This document shows positions 19,266 through 29,840 of a stretch of 64,000 nucleotides of DNA, in pieces (position 1 is the stretch's first letter; each line of letters begins with the position of its first letter). Under the pieces are notes generated by a model. The model worked only from the letters and a program-made list of their open reading frames with translations. It was not told the origin of the DNA and made no database searches. Source of the DNA: Myxococcota bacterium (GTDB taxonomy: Bacteria > Myxococcota > B64-G9); the NCBI GenBank assembly GCA_022710975.1, contig JAKLGA010000009.1:45083-109082 (forward strand), given 5' to 3'. A program made the position numbers and the translations under genes.

Positions 19266-20252
19266 TCACGTCTGGACCAGGGGTTGCAGCGCGGCCAGCA
19301 GCCGGGCCGCCTCGCCCAGGTTGAAGGCCCCGCTGAGCGTCACGTGCTTCAACAGCCCGGTCACCAGCACCCGGTGACGGCCGCCGTCGGGCAGCGCACC
19401 GAGCTCCGCCTCGAGCGCGCGGGCGTGGGAGACCGGGATGATGTGGTCGTGCGGATCGTGGATCAGGCTGACCGGGCAGCGCAGCCCGGCCAGCTTGCCA
19501 GCCGGGGACAGGGCCTCGAGCGCGGCGCGATCCTGGGCGGCCACGTCCAGGGCCACCGGATCGCGCGGCAGCAGCCAGCGCTCGCGGAAGGCGCGCTTCT
19601 CCTCGGGCGAGGCCTGGTGGCAGAAGCGGCGCAGCAGCGCCTCGAGCTCCGCCAGCCGGGCCGGGTCGAGTCCCAGCGCGGCGCGCTGGCGCCAGGCGCC
19701 GATCGCGTCGCGGTAGATGAGGTCGTCCTCGGCGGCCTCGTCCTCCGCCGGGTCGTGGCGGGTGCGCAGGAAGTGCTGGTAGAGCTCGGGGAACGAGTGG
19801 TAGGCCCCGATGGACAGCACGAAGCGCACCCGCTCGGCCACCTCGGGACGGGTGGCGACCACCAGGGCGTAGGCCGCGGCGAAGGAGAAGCCCACCAGGC
19901 CCACCCGGTGGCCCGTCTCCGCGTGCAGCTCGCCGATCAGGCCGGCCAGGGCCTCCAGGTCGCTCGGCAGCCACTCGAGCCGGCTCATACCGGGCAGGTT
20001 CGGCACGGCGCAGGCCGCCCCCGAGACCGCGAGCTGGCGGGCGAAGTGCTGCAGCCGCGCGTCGTCCTTGCCGTTCAGCGTGGCGCCGTGGAGCGCGATC
20101 AGCACCGCCTCGGGCTGGTGGCGCGGCAGCAGGAGGTCGTAGGGCATGCCGGCCGAGGTGCGGCGCGCGCGCTGCTCCTCGACCCGGGGGTCCGGGCCGC
20201 CGCCCTCCGGGGCGCGGGCCAGGCGCCGCAGCAGGCCGAGGAGCCTCGCCAT
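19266..20252 (-). CDS. alpha/beta hydrolase fold protein
   Basis: GFSFAA (GxSxG nucleophile elbow), HGATLNGKDD, C-terminal HDPHDHIIP. Start ambiguous: ATG 20252 (MARLL) or ATG 20147 (MPYDLLLP). The N-terminal 235 codons of track ORF 19266..20957 are rejected because they overlap the upstream membrane-protein gene. Confidence 0.7.
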   Translation of the reverse strand: MARLLGLLRRLARAPEGGGPDPRVEEQRARRTSAGMPYDLLLPRHQPEAVLIALHGATLNGKDDARLQHFARQLAVSGAACAVPNLPGMSRLEWLPSDLEALAGLIGELHAETGHRVGLVGFSFAAAYALVVATRPEVAERVRFVLSIGAYHSFPELYQHFLRTRHDPAEDEAAEDDLIYRDAIGAWRQRAALGLDPARLAELEALLRRFCHQASPEEKRAFRERWLLPRDPVALDVAAQDRAALEALSPAGKLAGLRCPVSLIHDPHDHIIPVSHARALEAELGALPDGGRHRVLVTGLLKHVTLSGAFNLGEAARLLAALQPLVQT

Positions 20253-20278
20253 GTCCACCAGGCCCACGCGCGCTCCCT

Positions 20279-21115
20279 TCAGGCCGCCGGGCGGGGCTGG
20301 CCGAACACGCCGAGCTGGCGGCGGAAGAGCCACAGGCCGACACCGATGCCGACGATGGTGAACAGCTCCAGCAGCTCCTCCCAGAAGTCGGCCCACATGG
20401 GCACCTCGCGGAAGACGCGCAGCAGGCCGAAGCGCATCAGCCCGAAGCCGAAGAAGCCGAACGCCGCGAAGAAGCCGAGCTCGGCCCAGCGCAGGCCCCG
20501 TCGGCCCGCCAGCAGGCAGCCGGTGGCGAGCAGGAAGCCGGCCGCGCCGACCAGCGGCAGCACCCGGTCGACGGTCAGGGCCTGGAACGGGGTGACCTGG
20601 TAGAGGAGGTGCGAGCCGAACACGTCCACGGACAGATCGAGGGTCAGGAGCGGCGCGGCGAGCGGCAACAGCGAGACCACCGCCAGCACCGGCGCGGTGA
20701 ACAGCATGAGCCTGTGCAGCCCGCAGGTCACCGGCTCCTTCTTCCAGCAGCGGCGGCACAGGCGCACGAGCGCGCAGGGGGCCTCGGGGTCGGTGAAGCG
20801 CAGGGCCCGGTCGTCCAGGATGCGGAACAGCGCCCAGGGGAACAGCGACCACATGACCAGCATGCCGGCCACGTGGCCGAGGTCGACGAGATCGCTCTCG
20901 CCGCCAGGCAGCATGGCGTTCACCGCGCAGAACGCCTCGCCGACGAAGAACCCCCACAGCCCCCAGCGCAGCAGGCGCAGATCCCTATCGCGCACCCCGC
21001 GCAGCGGGATCACCGCCAGGGCGAGCGCCAGCAGCATGTAGGTCGGCTTGATGCCCAGCCCGGACACGGTCCAGGCCAGCTGGTCCCAGAAGCTGAGCGC
21101 GAGCGGGGTGGGCAT
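20279..21115 (-). CDS. hypothetical integral membrane protein
   Basis: 278 aa, multiple hydrophobic Trp/Phe-rich segments (FGFFGFGLMRFGLL). Co-directional between glgX and the hydrolase. Confidence 0.6.
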   Translation of the reverse strand: MPTPLALSFWDQLAWTVSGLGIKPTYMLLALALAVIPLRGVRDRDLRLLRWGLWGFFVGEAFCAVNAMLPGGESDLVDLGHVAGMLVMWSLFPWALFRILDDRALRFTDPEAPCALVRLCRRCWKKEPVTCGLHRLMLFTAPVLAVVSLLPLAAPLLTLDLSVDVFGSHLLYQVTPFQALTVDRVLPLVGAAGFLLATGCLLAGRRGLRWAELGFFAAFGFFGFGLMRFGLLRVFREVPMWADFWEELLELFTIVGIGVGLWLFRRQLGVFGQPRPAA

Positions 21116-21216
21116 GGCCCGAGCCTAGCGCCAACCGCCGCGTGAACACAACGGGAACCGCGTCCCGTGAGCGGACGGACGGGAGGGGACGGAGTGGGAG
21201 CGGCGGACCGGCGCGG

Positions 21217-23352
<2,136 letters not shown>

Positions 23353-23467
23353 GCGGCATCCTCCATGCCCGGCGGGTCGGGGCTCGCCAGAGTGCACCAC
23401 GGCGGGCGGGTGGCACGCAAGGGGGGCCGGTGGTAGCCTGGGCCTGGCGGGGGACGGAGGTTGGGCC

Positions 23468-25021
23468 ATGGACACGCGTACGGTTCCTCGAGCCTGCCTG
23501 GCGGGCGCGGCCCTGGTGCTCGGCCTGACCGCCTGTGGGCCCCAGGGGGATGGAGTGAATGGACCGGTCGCGCAGCGCATGCTGATCCTGGCGGCCGACC
23601 CCCTGGCCGAGGCGGCCGACGAGTACGCTACCTTCCGCCAGGAGGGCGGGTTCGAGGTCGAGGTGGTGACCATGGGTGAGCTTTGGGGGAGGGCGCCCTT
23701 GGATGGGCTGAGGGCCGAGATCTCCCGGCGTGTCCTGGAGTTCGGTCAGGCGGACGAGGGTCGGGAGAGCTTCGTGCTGATCCTCGGCGACGCGGACGAG
23801 CTCCAGCCCGACTCGACGGCGCGTGTCCCCGCCACCGTCGGACCGCGCGGCGACGTGGGCGACACGCCCTACGCCGACCTGGACGCGGATGGCCTGCCCG
23901 AGCTGGCCGTCGGCAGGCTGCCGTTCAGCACGGCGGAGGAGATCCGGGCTTACCTGGAGCGCGTGCGGCTCCGCGAGGCGGGCTACCTGCCTGGGACCTG
24001 GAACAGGACCCTGGCCGCCTTCGCCGGCGAGGGGGGGTTCGGCGTCGAGGTCGACGGCATGCTGGAGCTGGCGGCTGGCTGGATCTTCGACGAGATGTCC
24101 TACGACTTCGACATGACCATGACCTACGCCTCGGCCAGCTCCTCCTACCACCTCCCCCCGGGGGCCTGGGAGGCGGACTACGCCGAGCGCTACCTGGCCG
24201 GCGCGGTCATCCAGCCCTACATCGGACACACCCTCGGGGCGGTCGAGTGTTGCCGCGAAGCCCCGCGGCGCGCCGGGCTCCTGGGCTTCTTCTCTTGCAG
24301 CGACGGCCAGTACCAGTCCGACGGCGCGGGCAGCCTGGCCGAGGAGCTGCTGGCCAGGCCGGGCGGACCCGTGGCCATCCTGGCAGCCTCGGACGTCTCC
24401 CACCCCTACGCCAACGCCATCCTGCCGCGCGAGCTCGGCCACGCGGTGCTCGATCTGCACGCCCGAACCTACGGAGAGGCGGTCCTGGTGGCCAAGCGCA
24501 ACATGGTCGAGCGCCAGGACGACCTGCGGCTGAGCCTCGATCAGCTCGCCGCGCCCTACATGGACGAGCCCATGCCGGACTGCATCCAGAGCCACGTGAC
24601 CATGTACAACCTGTTCGGCGATCCCGCGGCCCCGACCCACCTGCCGCCGGGCCGCGTGCGGTTCGATCCGCCCGGGGGCGAGGCGCGTCCCGGAGGTCGG
24701 CTGCTCGTCACCGGCAGGGTGGGGACTGAGGAGGGCCGCCTGCCCATGGCCGCGGGCAGGGTGCGGGTGACCCTCGAGGCCAGCCGCACGGTCGTGCTCG
24801 GTGTGCTGGACCCGCCCGGTCCCGACACCTACGCCTCAAACCACGCGAAGGCCAACGACAAGGTCGTCGTGGCGGCCGAGGCAGACGTCGGGGACGGAGT
24901 GTTCAGCGCGACGCTGGAGGTGCCCGCGGACCTGTCCGTCGGCAGCTACCGTCTCAAGGCCTTCGCCTGGAACGAGCAGGTGGATTCGGTCGGCAACCTG
25001 AGCGTGCAGATCAAGGACTGA
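23468..25021 (+). CDS. secreted lipoprotein, possible clan-CD cysteine peptidase (C25 gingipain-like)
   Basis: Lipoprotein signal MDTRTVPRACLAGAALVLGLTACG. DTPYADLDADGLPELAVGRLP and GHTLG...FFSCSDG resemble the His/Cys dyad region of peptidase C25. Family call is tentative. Confidence 0.5.
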   Translation: MDTRTVPRACLAGAALVLGLTACGPQGDGVNGPVAQRMLILAADPLAEAADEYATFRQEGGFEVEVVTMGELWGRAPLDGLRAEISRRVLEFGQADEGRESFVLILGDADELQPDSTARVPATVGPRGDVGDTPYADLDADGLPELAVGRLPFSTAEEIRAYLERVRLREAGYLPGTWNRTLAAFAGEGGFGVEVDGMLELAAGWIFDEMSYDFDMTMTYASASSSYHLPPGAWEADYAERYLAGAVIQPYIGHTLGAVECCREAPRRAGLLGFFSCSDGQYQSDGAGSLAEELLARPGGPVAILAASDVSHPYANAILPRELGHAVLDLHARTYGEAVLVAKRNMVERQDDLRLSLDQLAAPYMDEPMPDCIQSHVTMYNLFGDPAAPTHLPPGRVRFDPPGGEARPGGRLLVTGRVGTEEGRLPMAAGRVRVTLEASRTVVLGVLDPPGPDTYASNHAKANDKVVVAAEADVGDGVFSATLEVPADLSVGSYRLKAFAWNEQVDSVGNLSVQIKD

Positions 25022-26081
25022 CGGCCACGCCCTCGGTCTCCAGCAGGCGCAGCTTGCGCCACAGCCCACCCCCGTAGCCGCCCAGCCCGCCGCCCGCGGC
25101 GATCACGCGGTGGCAGGGGATGACGATGGCGATGCGGTTCTGACCGTTGGCGTGGCCCACCGCGCGGGCGGCGCCGGGCTGGCCGAGCTCCCTCGCCAGC
25201 TCCGCGTAGCTGCGGGTCTGGCCGTAGGGGATGCGCAGCAGGCCGTCCCACACCCGCTGCTGGAAGGCGCTGCCCGGCGCGTGGAGCGGCAACTCGAAGG
25301 CGCGCCTTGACCCGGCGAAGTACTCGGCCAGCTGGGCGCGGAGCTTGTCCAGGATCTCCGACTCGCCTGGCACGAGCGGCAGGCCGAGCCGATCTCGCAC
25401 CGCCGCGAGCTGGGCCTCCACCTCCCGGCGATCGGTGAACTCGAGCAGGCACACGGCGGCCGAGGTGGCCCCGGCCAGCATGGGCCCCAAGGGAGTGTCG
25501 AGCCACGCCAGGCGGACGTGGTCGTCCCGGGCCGAGGCGGAGCGTCCGGGCGCCGCGCCGACCAGCTTGGCGAAGGCCGCGCGGAAGCCGGAGTGGGATT
25601 CCCAGCCGTGATCGAACACGGCGTCGTCGATGGTCCGGCCGGAGCGGAGCGCGGCGTAGGCCTTGCCCAGCCGCCGGGCGCGGCTGTAGGCCTGGAACGT
25701 CAGGCCGAAGGTCTGCAGGAAGTGGCGGCGCACCTGGACCGGGTCGAGCCCCATGGCCCGCAGGTCACCGTCGCGGATGCGCTCGTCCGGCCGCGCCTCG
25801 ACGCGCGCGAGCAGCCGCGAGACCCACTCCGGCGTGCGCCCTCGGTCCTCGAGCGGCCGGCAGCGGAGGCAGGGACGGAAGCCCGCCAGCAGGGCCGCCC
25901 GGGCGGTCGGGTAGAACTCGACGTGCTCCGGCCTCGGCTTCCGCGCCGGGCAGGACGGCCGGCAAAAGATGCCCGTGGTGGTGATCGCGGCCAGGAAGAG
26001 GCCGTCGCAGGACGCGTCGCGCTCCATGAGGGCGGCCAGCATCTCGTCGCGGGGGGGCAGGGCGGTCGGGTGGCTTTCCAT
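25011..26081 (-). CDS. ada: bifunctional Ada: methylphosphotriester-DNA methyltransferase / AraC-type regulator / O6-methylguanine-DNA methyltransferase
   Basis: 356 aa. N-terminal Zn-Cys cluster FCRPSCPARKP...FRPCLRCRP. AraC-type HTH in the middle. C-terminal IVIPCHRVI active-site motif. Confidence 0.9.
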   Translation of the reverse strand: MESHPTALPPRDEMLAALMERDASCDGLFLAAITTTGIFCRPSCPARKPRPEHVEFYPTARAALLAGFRPCLRCRPLEDRGRTPEWVSRLLARVEARPDERIRDGDLRAMGLDPVQVRRHFLQTFGLTFQAYSRARRLGKAYAALRSGRTIDDAVFDHGWESHSGFRAAFAKLVGAAPGRSASARDDHVRLAWLDTPLGPMLAGATSAAVCLLEFTDRREVEAQLAAVRDRLGLPLVPGESEILDKLRAQLAEYFAGSRRAFELPLHAPGSAFQQRVWDGLLRIPYGQTRSYAELARELGQPGAARAVGHANGQNRIAIVIPCHRVIAAGGGLGGYGGGLWRKLRLLETEGVAVSP

Positions 26082-26161
26082 GGGCCCACCTTAGCCGGGC
26101 TCGGTCCGGGGGATCCACCGAAGAATGGAGGCCGAATTCCCGGACGTCGGCCCGGCTCGCC

Positions 26162-26746
26162 TCAGGGCTGGAGGACGAACCTGCCACCCTGGAAGGCCCA
26201 GGTGGCCAGGGTGTGGAGGCCGCCGGTGAAGGCCTCCTGGGTCTGGAGCAGGAGGCTGGTGCCTGTCCGCGGCAGCTTGACCAGCGTGGGAGGGGCTCCT
26301 CCGTCCTCGTACTTCTTGCCGGTCACCTTCTCGAAGCGCGCGCCGATGTCCGCCTCGGACAGCGGGCTCCAGACCTCGGAGGTGACATCCCGGAAGCCAC
26401 CATCCCGGTGTTCGAAGAAGCGTAGGTGCTGGCCGCACTCCGGCCCGCAGTGGGCCAGGCCAACGCCCAGCAGGAAGGTCTTGTCGGGCCTACGCCACAG
26501 CACCACCTCGCCGTGGCCCTCCCAGTCGCCCGAGGACAGGTGGAGGTAGCCGTTCTTGAGATCCTCGGTGTCGATCAGCTTGCGCCGCTCGGCCGGGCTC
26601 GCGCCGCCTACGCCCAGGACCTCCTGGGGCAGGGCCAGGTAGTAGTCGGCCACGGTCTTGAGGGCGGGAGCCTTGGCAGGCTCCGCCGCCTGGACCTGGG
26701 AGAGGCTCAGGAATGCGAGGCAGGCGATGGGGAAGTAGTAGCGCAT
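26162..26746 (-). CDS. secreted hypothetical protein
   Basis: 194 aa. Signal peptide MRYYFPIACLAFLSLSQVQA. Balanced composition. No family recognised. Confidence 0.6.
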   Translation of the reverse strand: MRYYFPIACLAFLSLSQVQAAEPAKAPALKTVADYYLALPQEVLGVGGASPAERRKLIDTEDLKNGYLHLSSGDWEGHGEVVLWRRPDKTFLLGVGLAHCGPECGQHLRFFEHRDGGFRDVTSEVWSPLSEADIGARFEKVTGKKYEDGGAPPTLVKLPRTGTSLLLQTQEAFTGGLHTLATWAFQGGRFVLQP

Positions 26747-26867
26747 GCGGACCTCCTGGGGGTGCCCACGAGACCGGCGCAGGATACCTCGGCAAAGGCT
26801 GCGATGGCAACGGTCGCCCCCTGCTCCGTCCCCGTTCTATTGGGCGGTCTATTGGGTGTTGCTCCCG

Positions 26868-26876
26868 GAGCAGGCT
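26868..26876 (+). promoter_or_regulatory. extended -10-like element TGGTATACT upstream of the MFS transporter gene
   Basis: TGnTAnnnT-type extended -10 about 84 nt upstream of ATG 26960. Preceded by tandem direct repeats TCTATTGGG (see findings). Confidence 0.3.
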
Positions 26877-26959
26877 CTGGTATACTCCGCCCGCCAACTG
26901 AAAGATCCCAAACCGTTGAGGTCCTCGCTCCGACAGCGAACCAAAGGAACCTCGAACCC

Positions 26960-28399
26960 ATGAACGAGAAGCTTCAACAGGTCATCGCCGACTCCAAGGC
27001 CATTCGCTGGTTCACGCTGTCGATGGTCTCCCTGACCATGCTGGCGGCCTACTACTTCGTCGACTCGATCGCCCCGCTCCAGTCGCTGCTCGAGCAGGGC
27101 TACGGGTGGAAACCCGGCCACTACGGATTCTTCAGCGCCTCCGAGTACATGCTGAACGTGTGCGGCTTCCTGATCCTGTCGGGCATCATCCTGGACAAGA
27201 TGGGCATCCGCTTCACCGGGCTGACCGCCTGCGCGGTCATGCTGACGGGCGCGCTGCTCAAGACCTACGCTCTGACCGGATACTTCAGGGACGGCGGCTT
27301 CGGCTACGAGTTCTTCAGTTCGTTCTGGACCGACATGCCCGCCACGGCCAAGTTGGCGTCGCTGGGCTACGCCATCTTCGGCATCGGCGTGGAGATGGCG
27401 GGCATCACCACCTCCCGCGCGGTGGTCAAGTGGTTCCAGGGCCGGGAGCTGGCGCTGGCCATGGGCATGCAGCTCGCCACGGCGCGGCTGGGCGCCTCGG
27501 TGGCCTTCTTCTTCTCGGCGCCGCTGGCCGGCTACCAGCAGGCCGCCAACGGCGCCGCCACCGGCTCGGTGCTCAACCCCCTGTACCTCGGCGTGGCGCT
27601 GCTCAGCATCGGCCTGCTGACCTTCTTCGTGTACACCTTCTTCGACCGCAAGCTCGACCGGCAGACCGGCCGGCTGTCGGACGAGGACCCCAGCGAGCAG
27701 TTCCACCTCAGGGATCTCGGGAAGATCATCACGAACCCAGGCTTCCTGGCCATCGCGGCCCTGTGCGTGCTGTTCTATTCGGGTGTGTTCCCCTTCCTGA
27801 AGTACGCCGTGTACATGATGCAGAACAAGCTGGGGGTGTCGGCCGAGGTGGGCGGCATGATCTCGGGTCTGCTGCCGGTCGGCACCATCCTGCTGACCCC
27901 GATCTTCGGCGCCTACCTGGACAAGAAGGGCAAGGGCGCCTCCATCATGATCCTGGGCTCCGCCCTGCTGACCGCGGCCCACCTGACCTTCGCCTTCATC
28001 CCGCTGAACATGTTCATCGCGGTCACGGCCATCATCGTGCTGGGCATCGCCTTCTCGCTCATCCCGGCCTCGATGTGGCCGTCGGTGCCCAAGATCGTCG
28101 AGGAGCGCTACCTGGGCTCGGCCTACGCCCTGGTGTTCTGGATCCAGAACATCGGCCTGATGTTCTTCCCCTGGCTGGTCGGGCAGGTGCTCGAGGCCAC
28201 CAACCCGGGCGTGGCCGAGCGCATCACCGCCGGCGACACCAGCGTGAAGTACAACTACACCTACGCCCTGCTCATCTTCGCCGTGCTGGGGGTGTGCGCC
28301 ATCGCCCTGGCCTTCGTGCTGAAGGCGACCGACAAGAAGCGCGGCTACGGCCTGGAGCTGCCCAACAAGAAGAAGAAGCCCGCCGAGCAGGCGGGCTGA
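26960..28399 (+). CDS. MFS transporter
   Basis: 479 aa from MNEKLQQ. About 12 hydrophobic segments. C-terminal Lys-rich tail. Only the 3' part of track ORF 26426..28399 is real. Confidence 0.8.
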   Translation: MNEKLQQVIADSKAIRWFTLSMVSLTMLAAYYFVDSIAPLQSLLEQGYGWKPGHYGFFSASEYMLNVCGFLILSGIILDKMGIRFTGLTACAVMLTGALLKTYALTGYFRDGGFGYEFFSSFWTDMPATAKLASLGYAIFGIGVEMAGITTSRAVVKWFQGRELALAMGMQLATARLGASVAFFFSAPLAGYQQAANGAATGSVLNPLYLGVALLSIGLLTFFVYTFFDRKLDRQTGRLSDEDPSEQFHLRDLGKIITNPGFLAIAALCVLFYSGVFPFLKYAVYMMQNKLGVSAEVGGMISGLLPVGTILLTPIFGAYLDKKGKGASIMILGSALLTAAHLTFAFIPLNMFIAVTAIIVLGIAFSLIPASMWPSVPKIVEERYLGSAYALVFWIQNIGLMFFPWLVGQVLEATNPGVAERITAGDTSVKYNYTYALLIFAVLGVCAIALAFVLKATDKKRGYGLELPNKKKKPAEQAG

Positions 28400-28418
28400 G
28401 CCGCCCCAGGGGAGCGCC

Positions 28419-29840
28419 ATGCCGCCACCGGTCGACGCCGCCGAGTTCCTGGCCACGGTGCGCGGCTTCCAGGCGCTCGAGCCCGACGATCTCCGTCGGC
28501 TGGCCGAGCGCACCACCTTCCGCGCGTTCGCCCCGGGCGAGTTCCTCATCCGCAAGGGCGAGCAGGGCCACACCCTGTTCGTCGTCCGCCGCGGCCAGCT
28601 CCGGGTGCCCATCACCGACGCCGAGGGCCACGAGAAGATGGTCTACCGGGTCGGCCCGGGGGACCTGGTGGGTGAGATGGCGCTGCTGACCGGCGACGCC
28701 CGCCGGAACGACGTGGTGGCCGACACCGAGGTGGAGGCCTTCCTCATCCACCGCCGCTCGCTCATGCCGCTGCTCGCCGATCACCCGCCGCTGGCCCGCT
28801 TCCTGTCGGACATCCTCGGCCGGCGCATCGAGCAGTCGGGCGGCATCGATCGGGTGGGCAAGTACAGGCTGCTGGGCAAGCTGGGCGAGGGCTCGACCGG
28901 CCAGGTGTTCGAGGCGGTCCACCCCGTGCTGCAGCGCACCGTGGCTATCAAGATGCTGTCGCACGCCCTGGTGTTCCACACCCAGTTCCGCGACCGCTTC
29001 CTCGAGGAGGCCCGCCTGGTGGCCAGCCTGGCGCACGCGAACATCATCCAGGTGTTCGACACCGAGGCGGCCTTCGGCACCTACTTCATCGTCATGGAGA
29101 AGCTGGACGGCACGGATCTGGCCGCGGTGCTGGAGAGGCGCGGGGCGCTGCCGCCGGCCGAGGCAGGCGCCATCCTGGATCAGATGGCCGCCGCGCTCGA
29201 GTTCGCCCACGCCCGCGGCTTCGCCCACCGGGACGTGAAGCCCGCCAACGCGGTCATCGACGCCCGGGGCCGGGTCAAGCTCATGGACTTCGGCCTGGCG
29301 CGGCCCATCCCGGCCGTGCTGGGCAGCGAGCGGGCGCAGAGCGTGGATGGCACGCCCCAGTACATCGCGCCGGAGACCGCCCTGGGCCGGCAGACCGACG
29401 GGCGGGTGGACGTGTACGCGCTGGGTGTGATGGCCTTCGAGATGCTGACCGGCAGGTTGCCGTTCACCACCCTCAAGGTCATGGAGCTGCTGCAGTCCCA
29501 CGTGCGCACCCCGCCTCCGGACATCCGGGCGCTGCGCCCCGATCTGCCCGCCGGGCTGGTGGAGTTCGTCCGCGGCACGCTGGTGAAGGACCCGGACAAG
29601 CGGGTGACCGACTGGCCGCGGCTGCGGGCCATGCTGCGGTGCGAGGCCGCGGACGCCGCGAGCCCCGGGCCGCCGCCGGCCCGCGAGGACGTGATCCGTG
29701 TGCGCTACCAGCCCGGGGCCGCCCCGCGGGTCGAGGCCGCCGTGGAGGCGCTCGAGCGCGCGCTGCGAGGCTTGCCCGGCGTGGACATCGCCCGCGGCCG
29801 GATGAGCCCGGCCGGCCAGGAGGATTCGCATGAGCCGTGA
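28419..29840 (+). CDS. cyclic-nucleotide-binding domain Ser/Thr protein kinase
   Basis: N-terminal cNMP-binding fold (FLIRKGEQGHTLFVVRRGQL...GPGDLVGEMALL). Kinase motifs GxGxxG-like LGEGSTGQV, VAIK, HRDVKPAN, DFGLA, APE. Confidence 0.9.
   Translation: MPPPVDAAEFLATVRGFQALEPDDLRRLAERTTFRAFAPGEFLIRKGEQGHTLFVVRRGQLRVPITDAEGHEKMVYRVGPGDLVGEMALLTGDARRNDVVADTEVEAFLIHRRSLMPLLADHPPLARFLSDILGRRIEQSGGIDRVGKYRLLGKLGEGSTGQVFEAVHPVLQRTVAIKMLSHALVFHTQFRDRFLEEARLVASLAHANIIQVFDTEAAFGTYFIVMEKLDGTDLAAVLERRGALPPAEAGAILDQMAAALEFAHARGFAHRDVKPANAVIDARGRVKLMDFGLARPIPAVLGSERAQSVDGTPQYIAPETALGRQTDGRVDVYALGVMAFEMLTGRLPFTTLKVMELLQSHVRTPPPDIRALRPDLPAGLVEFVRGTLVKDPDKRVTDWPRLRAMLRCEAADAASPGPPPAREDVIRVRYQPGAAPRVEAAVEALERALRGLPGVDIARGRMSPAGQEDSHEP

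Noticed and set aside
19266-20147. Alternative shorter start (ATG 20147, MPYDLLLP) for the alpha/beta hydrolase
   Set aside because: Not rejected outright. ATG 20252 was chosen because it leaves a 26-nt gap to the upstream gene, but either start is possible without experimental data.
23400-23430. Sigma-54-like TGGCACG sequence upstream of the C25-like gene
   Set aside because: No TTGC -12 element at the required spacing; likely chance match in GC-rich DNA.
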